Positions 38,751-45,893 of a stretch of DNA of 56,040 bases are shown here, piece after piece. The stretch is from positions 1 through 56,040 of the forward strand of contig CADBPN010000131.1 of the NCBI GenBank assembly GCA_902796585.1. The letters are read 5' to 3'. Within the stretch, counting starts at the first letter, position 1, and each line of letters begins with the position of its first letter. The DNA comes from an uncultured bacterium. Its GTDB lineage: Bacteria > Cyanobacteriota > Vampirovibrionia > Gastranaerophilales > Gastranaerophilaceae. The notes below the pieces were generated by a model, which had not been told where the DNA came from, made no database searches, and worked only from the letters and a program-made list of their open reading frames with translations. Position numbers and translations under genes: made by a program.

Positions 38751-39812
38751 ATGGGAGATGAAGATAAACAATTTGATGCCACACCTCAAAAGCTTGAGAG
38801 AGCGAGAAAAGAAGGTCAGGTAGTAAAATCTAAGGATGTGTCAACGGCACTTTCTCTTCTTGTTATGTTTACTTTTATTAATCTCCTTGCTCCGGTCATG
38901 TGGCGGCTTATAGTCGGTTTGTATAAAACTTTGTATGAGCAGATTCCCAATAAACATTTGTCTGATATAGGCATAACTTATATTCTTACAAATGCAATAG
39001 TTCCTTCTGTTGCAATTATTGGTTCAATTCTTTTTGTTGCTGCTTTTATTGCAATATTGGGTGATTTTATGCAGGTAGGGCCGCTTGTTGCAACAGCTCC
39101 GCTTGTGCCAAAGCTTGATAAACTTAACCCGACCAAATATTTTAAAAATTTATTTCAGGTTAAAACTTTGTTTGAATTAGGGAAAAACATTGTAAAAGTT
39201 GCAGTATTAGGTCTTGTTGGCTGGTCTGTTTACAGTTCTCATTTGGAAAGCATTTTGATGTTGGCTTCTATTGATAATAACTTTGCCGTTATGATAGAGT
39301 TCGGCAAACTTATTGTAGAATTTATTTACAAAGCGTGTATTGCCTTTTTAATTATAGCAGCAGCTGATTATGGTGTTACGAAATGGAAGTTTTTAAAAGA
39401 TCAAAAAATGTCTTTTAAAGAGATTAAAGATGAATATAAAAACTCTGAAGGAGATCCGCATGTAAAGGCGGCTCTTCGGCAAAGGCGTATGCAAATGCTT
39501 CAGCAAGGCGCAATGGATTCTGTTCCGGAGGCAGATTTTGTTGTAAGAAATCCAACCCACGTAGCTTGTGCTCTGAAATATGATGCCGAAACAATGCAAT
39601 CTCCTACTTTGACAGCAAAAGGTACTGAGCTGATTGCTCAAAAAATAATAAAGATAGCTCAAGAACATAATGTTCCGATTATTGATAATGCACCGGTTGC
39701 TCGTGCGCTTTTCAGAATGGTCGATTTGAATCAGGAAATTCCTCCCGAATTGTATAAAGCAGTAGCTGAAATATTACTGTTTGTTTACGGACTTAAAAAT
39801 AAGCAGGGGTAA
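38751..39812 (+). CDS. flhB: Flagellar/type III export switch protein FlhB (SctU)
   Basis: ATPQKL..AR.EGQV.KS, KMS..EIKDEYK.SEGDP, intact NPTH autocleavage site, EIP.ELY.AVAEIL. Confidence 0.95.
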   Translation: MGDEDKQFDATPQKLERARKEGQVVKSKDVSTALSLLVMFTFINLLAPVMWRLIVGLYKTLYEQIPNKHLSDIGITYILTNAIVPSVAIIGSILFVAAFIAILGDFMQVGPLVATAPLVPKLDKLNPTKYFKNLFQVKTLFELGKNIVKVAVLGLVGWSVYSSHLESILMLASIDNNFAVMIEFGKLIVEFIYKACIAFLIIAAADYGVTKWKFLKDQKMSFKEIKDEYKNSEGDPHVKAALRQRRMQMLQQGAMDSVPEADFVVRNPTHVACALKYDAETMQSPTLTAKGTELIAQKIIKIAQEHNVPIIDNAPVARALFRMVDLNQEIPPELYKAVAEILLFVYGLKNKQG

Positions 39813-39824
39813 AGGCGAACTTTG

Positions 39825-39848
39825 TAAAGGGATAAAGGGGTAAAGAGA
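39825..39848 (+). repeat. 8-bp tandem array TAAAG(G/A)G(A/G)
   Basis: taaaggga-taaagggg-taaagaga between flhB and the sigma gene. Confidence 0.55.
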
Positions 39849-39963
39849 TAACTTTTTTCGGATGTTTTATGAAGTTCAAATTCATATAAATGATGTACTT
39901 AAAAATCTTGAAAAATATTTAAAAACACGATAATATAGAGTAGGTTTGGTTTAATAAGAAAAG

Positions 39964-40668
39964 ATGGATACAAAGACTTTAATCAATCAATACATTGGTA
40001 TTGTACAAAAAATCGCAAAGATTGAGCACAGACGTATACCTAACCATATGGTAGAAGCCGAGGAATTGGTTAGTATAGGTATTATTGCGATTCAGTCATT
40101 GGTTAAAGATAAAACAGAAGAACAGCTTGCCCGTTATAACGAGGCTTACATAGGTACGGCCGTAAAATGGGCTATAAGAAATGAATTAAGACACCGTTAT
40201 AAATGGTATACGTTGAAACATAAATCAGATGATGAAGGCTCTGATTCATCAATTGGAGATGGATATATTTCTCAAACCGGCAGTGATTCTTCAGATGACG
40301 AAGACATGGGTTTTGCAATTTCTCCGACAAAGGTCAGAGAAGCTGTGTATGAGACGATTTTGTCTATAGATGGGCTTGCTGCTGCAGCCACTGATAATGC
40401 ATCACCGTTTGATTTTATAAAAGATCCTTCAGCTATGCCTGATGAACAGGCAGAAATAGTTGAAATGAGTAAACTTATTAAACAAGCTATTGCAAAATTA
40501 CCCCAAAAAGAAAGAACTGTTGTTGAGTACAGATTTTATCGTAATATGCAGGCAAAAGACATTGCTACAACAATCGGACTTTCTCCTTCAAGAGTTACAA
40601 GGATTATCCAATTTTCATTAAACCAAATTAGAGAATATTTAAAATCAAGAGGAAGAACGGATTATTAG
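39964..40668 (+). CDS. Divergent FliA/WhiG (sigma28)-like sigma factor
   Basis: IVQKIA..RIP.HMVEAEELVSIG, AIRNELR, LPQKER...IGLSPSRVTRI; adjacent to flhB. Confidence 0.8.
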   Translation: MDTKTLINQYIGIVQKIAKIEHRRIPNHMVEAEELVSIGIIAIQSLVKDKTEEQLARYNEAYIGTAVKWAIRNELRHRYKWYTLKHKSDDEGSDSSIGDGYISQTGSDSSDDEDMGFAISPTKVREAVYETILSIDGLAAAATDNASPFDFIKDPSAMPDEQAEIVEMSKLIKQAIAKLPQKERTVVEYRFYRNMQAKDIATTIGLSPSRVTRIIQFSLNQIREYLKSRGRTDY

Positions 40669-40676
40669 TCTTGTAA

Positions 40677-42530
40677 TTATGGTCTTATTGATAGAGTTGC
40701 CATAATGTTGTTACTGTTACGGTTCGGATTTACAATATCACTGGATTTTGTGTAATTCAATGCTATGCTGGTTTTACCTTTATTTATTCCTACAGTTGTT
40801 GAAAAAGTTGTGTTTTTTTCTAAATCTTGGTTCCAAAGCCCCAAATTTAAATGCCTTTTTTTATAATTTAATCCAACATTTCCAAAAAATGAGATTTTTT
40901 GATTTTTGGGTGTGTATTGAGTATATAATTGACCGCCAATTCCGGTATTTGTTGATACTTGATTTTTCACAACATAACCGTCTATTTTTGCACCAATATT
41001 CAAATTATTATCGACTTTATAATTTACCTGATGATTTGTTCCTAATTTATATCCTGGTTGAAATGATACAAAAGGAGATTCATGACTAAGGTTTAAATCT
41101 GATATAGCGCCTAAAGTAACAGAATTAGTCATAAAATGATTTCTTCCAAAAGATTGCAGTTCTATTTTATCTTCCAAAAGACTCCTAAAATCACCAGCTA
41201 AATGAGAACCATTTATGGTTATTCCTGTCAAAAGTGATCCTTGTAAAGTATTTAATAATTTAGAATTTTCATTTTCGCATATCTTCGATTCTATTCCCAT
41301 CTTGCACCTTATTAAATTTGATAAATATGAACATTTCACTGCATCGTTTGTGGATTCTAAAGATGGCACGCTTCTTACAGTTGTGCTTACTTTTGAACCA
41401 CTGTCTGAATTTGTAACTTCTAATCTATTACTTACTATATCTGATATATAGTTTCGGTAATCTTCTCGTATTTGATAATCTGTACTATCAGTAGTACCGT
41501 TGATATAAGAAGAGAAAGCTTGAAAACCAAAATATTTTTTATTATTTTTATCACTTTTTACTTTATTTAATTCAAAACCTAAACCAAAACTATGCGATTT
41601 GCTAAATAATTCAGTATTATTACTTTTTCTTATTTCAGCTTTGTATATTTTTTCAGATTTTGTATTTTCTATATTATTAACTAAAGAAAGTTCTGTATTG
41701 AATACAATGTTTCCAATATTGGAAACTGAAAAATTTGTACTTAGTGTAGAATCATTTAAAATATTGTCTGCACATACAGTTTCGTTTTCATAATTTACTT
41801 TATCGAATCTATTTCCAAAAGCGGCATCTTTAACAGCAGCATATTTTTGGTATGAAATTTTACCGTCTGCGATTTGGTAATAACCCAAAATGTCAATATT
41901 AGAACCTTTTTTATGTATTTGTGCTATTGCATCTTCTATTGTTTGTGCATTATTTATTATTATATTTTTACCGTAATTATTAAAAACATATTTTCCGTCA
42001 TCCAATTTATATATCAAGGTTACATGACCATTACTATTCTGTTCTGCACAATAAATAAGACTTGAAGGAATATTGCATTTTTCTAATGCGGTCATTATTA
42101 ATTGATGAATAGGCCCGCAAATTGCTCCCTCGATTTTTTCATTTTCCTTAGCATTAATAAATTTTTCTAAAATTTCATCCGGAGAACCATCTATTCCCGA
42201 ACGATTATGATTAGAATCATAATGATTAACTTCATTTTCTAAAAGATTTGACAGACTTGAGATCAATAGTTCTGGATTATTCTTGTTATTTTCTATATAT
42301 TGCAATAAATAATTAAATACAGCAGTAGAATTATTACCATTATTATAGACATTTGCTAAATCATCAATATTAATTCCTTTTAAATTTAGTTCTGTTTCAA
42401 AATTTTCATCAGTTATTATATTTGTAGGAATAAAAGTTGCACTATCTATCTCTCCGGTATATGATCTATTTTCATTAAAAAAATTTACATTACAGTTGAT
42501 TTTGATTTTTTTAGGATTATTATCAGGCAT
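40677..42530 (-). CDS. 617-aa orphan: possible transglutaminase/papain-like domain plus beta-barrel-like C-terminus
   Basis: AICG...GHVTLIY...VFNNYG; alternating amphipathic strands in the C-terminal half; GGAGAG RBS. Confidence 0.7.
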   Translation of the reverse strand: MPDNNPKKIKINCNVNFFNENRSYTGEIDSATFIPTNIITDENFETELNLKGINIDDLANVYNNGNNSTAVFNYLLQYIENNKNNPELLISSLSNLLENEVNHYDSNHNRSGIDGSPDEILEKFINAKENEKIEGAICGPIHQLIMTALEKCNIPSSLIYCAEQNSNGHVTLIYKLDDGKYVFNNYGKNIIINNAQTIEDAIAQIHKKGSNIDILGYYQIADGKISYQKYAAVKDAAFGNRFDKVNYENETVCADNILNDSTLSTNFSVSNIGNIVFNTELSLVNNIENTKSEKIYKAEIRKSNNTELFSKSHSFGLGFELNKVKSDKNNKKYFGFQAFSSYINGTTDSTDYQIREDYRNYISDIVSNRLEVTNSDSGSKVSTTVRSVPSLESTNDAVKCSYLSNLIRCKMGIESKICENENSKLLNTLQGSLLTGITINGSHLAGDFRSLLEDKIELQSFGRNHFMTNSVTLGAISDLNLSHESPFVSFQPGYKLGTNHQVNYKVDNNLNIGAKIDGYVVKNQVSTNTGIGGQLYTQYTPKNQKISFFGNVGLNYKKRHLNLGLWNQDLEKNTTFSTTVGINKGKTSIALNYTKSSDIVNPNRNSNNIMATLSIRP

Positions 42531-42543
42531 ATACTCTCTCCTG

Positions 42544-42577
42544 TATATATAAAGTATTTAATCTTTATAAAATTGCC
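42544..42577 (-). promoter_or_regulatory. Conserved promoter-like motif, copy 3
   Basis: GGCAA-ttttataaagattaaata-CTTTATATATA upstream of 42530. Confidence 0.7.
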
Positions 42578-42604
42578 TTCTTTTTTATAATTTTTTTCAA
42601 GAAT

Positions 42605-42622
42605 TTTACAAAAATTTACAAT
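42605..42622 (+). promoter_or_regulatory. HLR1-like direct repeat
   Basis: TTTACAAA-aa-TTTACAAT. Confidence 0.5.
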
Positions 42623-42632
42623 TGTAGTGTGG

Positions 42633-42667
42633 AAAACTCAAAAATTGGTAGATTTTTGAGTTTTTTT
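42633..42667. other. 13-bp inverted repeat in divergent intergenic region
   Basis: aaaactcaaaaat-tggtag-atttttgagtttt. Confidence 0.6.
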
Positions 42668-42863
42668 GAACGCGATTTTAGGTGTGTAAAAATCAGGCTG
42701 TATGTGAGATAGTATACAATTTGGTTTGAATATGTTCCTGAAAGTCTGCGAAAAAAAATTGTAATTTTTCCGCCGACTCATTGCATAATTGATTCTTTAT
42801 TTATCTACAATTAGGCAATATCTTTTTTCATTTTATTTTTTATTATTATTATGGGTAAAGAAG

Positions 42864-43433
42864 ATGCAAAATGTCGATTATAAAAAAGAAGAAATCTCCG
42901 CTTTAATCCAATATTCACAACAAGGAAATATAAAAGCTTTAGAAGAACTAATAAGACGTATACAAAAAGATGTATTTGCGTTGTTTAGTTATCTTGTGGA
43001 TAAAAGACAGGATATTTCTGATTTAACTCAAGAAGCATTGTTAAAAATTGCAAAGAATATAAAAAGTTTACATGAAATTAAAAGTTTTAAATCTTGGATG
43101 AATCAAATTGCTGCTAATGTTTTTCACGATTATGTAAAAAAGAATAAATCAGACAAGAATATAGAACACGATAATGAAAAATTATTAGAAATAAAGGATA
43201 AAGCGGGTTGTGAGCCTGGAGAAAAATGTTTGTATTCAGAAATTGATAAAGTTATAAAAGCGGCATTACTGGATTTACCCGGAAAATTACGTATAGTTAT
43301 TATTTTAAGAGAATTTGAAGGTTTAAGTTATGAAGAAATATCTAAAATAACAGAAAGTAGCATTGGGACTGTAAAGTCAAGGATTGCCAGAGCAAGAACG
43401 AGGCTGCAAAATCAATTAAGAGAATTTATTTAA
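42864..43433 (+). CDS. ECF sigma factor (RpoE/SigG-like)
   Basis: DLTQEA, FKSWM..IA.N, LREFEGLSYEEI, GTVKSRIARAR; start set at ATG 42864. Confidence 0.93.
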   Translation: MQNVDYKKEEISALIQYSQQGNIKALEELIRRIQKDVFALFSYLVDKRQDISDLTQEALLKIAKNIKSLHEIKSFKSWMNQIAANVFHDYVKKNKSDKNIEHDNEKLLEIKDKAGCEPGEKCLYSEIDKVIKAALLDLPGKLRIVIILREFEGLSYEEISKITESSIGTVKSRIARARTRLQNQLREFI

Positions 43434-43446
43434 AAAGGAGAAAAGA

Positions 43447-43992
43447 ATGAAAATTACTTGTGTTCAAATGGATGCACTTATGACTTTTTATATGGAAGGA
43501 GAGCTTTCTCCTTCCTTAAAATCAAAGGTAGAAGAACATTTAGAAGAGTGTCAAACTTGCAGGGCAAAATATAATATTATTACTTCAATTTTTGGTGATA
43601 TGAAAAATTCAGTAAATAATGGATATGATGAATTATTTACAACTAAAGCTACTCCGTCTCATCAATACAAAAGTTTTAAGTCCAATCTTTCTGCTTATGT
43701 TGATAATGAACTTCCTCCAAATGAGAATATAAAAATTAAAAAATATACAATAAATAATAAGAATGCCAGAAATGATTTAGAAGAAACATATAAGATTAGA
43801 AAGCTTATGAAAAATTCTTATAAAAAAACAAAATTAAACACAAAGTCGGACTTTGTAAAAAATATAATGAAACAAATCGATGCAGAAGAAAAAAATAATT
43901 TTGGAATAAATCCTTTAATTAAAGTTTCTGTAGCTTTTGTTATGACAGTTCTGATATTGAGCGCAATAATTATTTTTTCACTATCAATGTAA
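43447..43992 (+). CDS. Zinc-binding anti-sigma factor (zf-HC2) with duplicated domain and C-terminal TM
   Basis: HLEECQTC (HxxxCxxC); second LSAYVDNEL unit; follows the ECF gene. Confidence 0.88.
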   Translation: MKITCVQMDALMTFYMEGELSPSLKSKVEEHLEECQTCRAKYNIITSIFGDMKNSVNNGYDELFTTKATPSHQYKSFKSNLSAYVDNELPPNENIKIKKYTINNKNARNDLEETYKIRKLMKNSYKKTKLNTKSDFVKNIMKQIDAEEKNNFGINPLIKVSVAFVMTVLILSAIIIFSLSM

Positions 43993-44027
43993 TAAATATA
44001 TTATTAAAGCGCTGTAAAATTAAGCAT

Positions 44028-44056
44028 AAAAAAAAGGAATTCTTTGCAGAATTCCT
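44028..44056 (-). terminator. Minus-strand intrinsic terminator
   Basis: AGGAATTCT-gcaa-AGAATTCCT-T7. Confidence 0.8.
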
Positions 44057-44154
44057 ATGGTTGTTTTCCTTTTAGTGTGTTTACTACTCGATTAATTTCT
44101 CGTGTCCAGTAGTTTTTCCTCGTGTTTATTGTTCCTCGCGTCTTATCCCATTTT

Positions 44155-44177
44155 AGCCGTACTGCCGGCTTTTTTTT
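44155..44177 (+). terminator. Plus-strand intrinsic terminator
   Basis: AGCCG-tactgc-CGGCT-T7. Confidence 0.65.
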
Positions 44178-44277
44178 AATCCTTTTCCCTTTTTCCGCTT
44201 GTCGGTCAAAGAATCAATGGGTAGATTATGTGCTGAGGTACATGAATCTACCTCATATATCTTTGTCCTAATTTTTT

Positions 44278-44466
44278 TTAATCAAGTAATGCTTCGAGGA
44301 TTCTGGCATTTTTGTCTGCCAACGAATTTTGTCTTACTTGAGAACGTGTAATATAGCTTCTTAACGCTTCACGAATTAATTCTGAACGTGAACGTGATTC
44401 ATTTTCCGCTACTTCATCGATTTTGCCTAAAAAGCTTTCAGGCATTGAAATTAATACTCTTGCCAT
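44278..44466 (-). CDS. Ribbon-helix-helix (CopG-family) regulator
   Basis: RVLISMPESFL..ID......SRSELIREAL; AGGAG RBS. Confidence 0.9.
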   Translation of the reverse strand: MARVLISMPESFLGKIDEVAENESRSRSELIREALRSYITRSQVRQNSLADKNARILEALLD

Positions 44467-44510
44467 AGATTTGTCTCCTTTTATATTCTGTTTACTTTTT
44501 TATGCCTCGT

Positions 44511-44545
44511 ATATATATAAAGTATTTTGCTTTTAAAAAATTGCC
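44511..44545 (-). promoter_or_regulatory. Conserved promoter-like motif, copy 4
   Basis: GGCAA-ttttttaaaagcaaaata-CTTTATATATAT upstream of 44466. Confidence 0.7.
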
Positions 44546-44558
44546 TTTTTTTGTTTAA

Positions 44559-44576
44559 AATGTTAAGAAATGTAAA
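44559..44576 (-). promoter_or_regulatory. HLR1-like direct repeat (1 mismatch)
   Basis: TTTACATT-tc-TTAACATT on the minus strand. Confidence 0.4.
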
Positions 44577-44643
44577 GACAATCTTTTAAAATCCAATTAT
44601 AAAAGGATTTTAGGATTTGGTTTGTTTTTTAATATAATAAGAT

Positions 44644-45885
44644 TTATATACTTTTACAAATATCTTTTCTATATTTGATACCGCAAAATGAAATCTCTTT
44701 TAAGTCATCATATACTTTTTTTGAAGCTCCTGATGGAGTTGACGATAATGCAGTTAGTGTCATTACAGCTCCGGCAGCAGTTTCATATTCAAAGTATTTA
44801 TTTTTATTAATGTTGTTCGGGAAAAATGTTTTAATAGTATTTTCTGAAATTTCATCAATACCGGATATTATATCTGTTTTTTTATCAGTCATTTTTGAGT
44901 GTAATGTCAATGATACAGCAGTACAATCTTTATAATTTATATTATCAAATTCATCACTAAAAGAGCCGATTATACAAGCTTCAAATAAGTCTAATATATC
45001 TTCGTCAATTGTGTTAATAATATTTGCAGCATCACAATCTTGCAGGAATGGTTGATATCCAAGAATTTTAATTTCATTATTATCTGTAATAATTCCGTTT
45101 ACACCGAGTATTCCTACGTAAGGATTTCCACCGATTTCAAAGTAGTCAAGTGTCGGATATATAACATTATCCATGATGAAATATTCATTCTCAAATGATA
45201 GCTTGTAATTAGGAGTGCAGGCGCCCATTCCGGTTGTTAATTGTCCTCCGTTACCTTCCAGTGAATGTTTGTAAATAAGTGAGTTTCCAAACGGCAAGGC
45301 TTTGTATCCGTCAGTAATAGTGTAAAAAGAAAATGGCGTTCCATATACATAGTCTTCAATAATTAATTTTGCGTTTTTATCAATAAAACAAGAAGATGCA
45401 ATTTTAATTCCGGAATCTTGAGATGTTAAAATTGTAGCACTGTTTGATTCATTTGTTTTAAGAACAAATGGTGTTTTTTGTTTTTTTATATAATCGATTG
45501 CCGAATTTTCTTTATCAAAAATTCCGAATTTTGGAGTAGGAATTCTAAGCTTGTACAATAGTTTTTTTGCGTTAGATTTATCAATAGCAATTTCAGCAAC
45601 TGATTTTGCAGGTCCAAAAATTTGTTGATTATTTGCATTAAAAATAGAAGTAATATCGCTATTTAAAGCTTTTTCCGCAACCGGTATTGTAATATCAATA
45701 CCATTTTCCAGTGCAAATTCTAATAATTCTTTGGGGTTTGTTTCACGAATATCTACATTTTTTGCAATGCCATCGAATACATTTGAATTAGAAGTAACGT
45801 AAATCTCATTGTTTTCTGATATTTTTAAGGCTAGAGCATACGAAGTTGCATTATTACCTACTATTAATATTTTTTTATTTTTCAT
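44644..45885 (-). CDS. PurD-like ATP-grasp protein with degenerate catalytic motifs
   Basis: Collinear with GAR synthetase (IFGP, IPT, IEDY, TTGMGA, YRKDI) but signature loops are altered. Confidence 0.8.
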   Translation of the reverse strand: MKNKKILIVGNNATSYALALKISENNEIYVTSNSNVFDGIAKNVDIRETNPKELLEFALENGIDITIPVAEKALNSDITSIFNANNQQIFGPAKSVAEIAIDKSNAKKLLYKLRIPTPKFGIFDKENSAIDYIKKQKTPFVLKTNESNSATILTSQDSGIKIASSCFIDKNAKLIIEDYVYGTPFSFYTITDGYKALPFGNSLIYKHSLEGNGGQLTTGMGACTPNYKLSFENEYFIMDNVIYPTLDYFEIGGNPYVGILGVNGIITDNNEIKILGYQPFLQDCDAANIINTIDEDILDLFEACIIGSFSDEFDNINYKDCTAVSLTLHSKMTDKKTDIISGIDEISENTIKTFFPNNINKNKYFEYETAAGAVMTLTALSSTPSGASKKVYDDLKEISFCGIKYRKDICKSI

Positions 45886-45893
45886 TTTTGTAC

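Larger units (their letters stand above)
44028..44277 (-). ncRNA. Candidate GGA-rich structured RNA (3' trailer of RHH gene)
   Basis: 10 GGA on minus versus 1 on plus; three AC(A/G)CGAG(G/A)AA repeats; hairpins; terminator. Confidence 0.45.

Noticed and set aside
44278-44466. RHH protein as a type II antitoxin
   Set aside because: No toxin ORF downstream, only a non-coding trailer
33689-44576. Prophage or mobile island explanation for the orphan-rich block
   Set aside because: No integrase, transposase, phage structural gene, tRNA or att-like repeat was recognised, and the genes share regulatory motifs with the rest of the window
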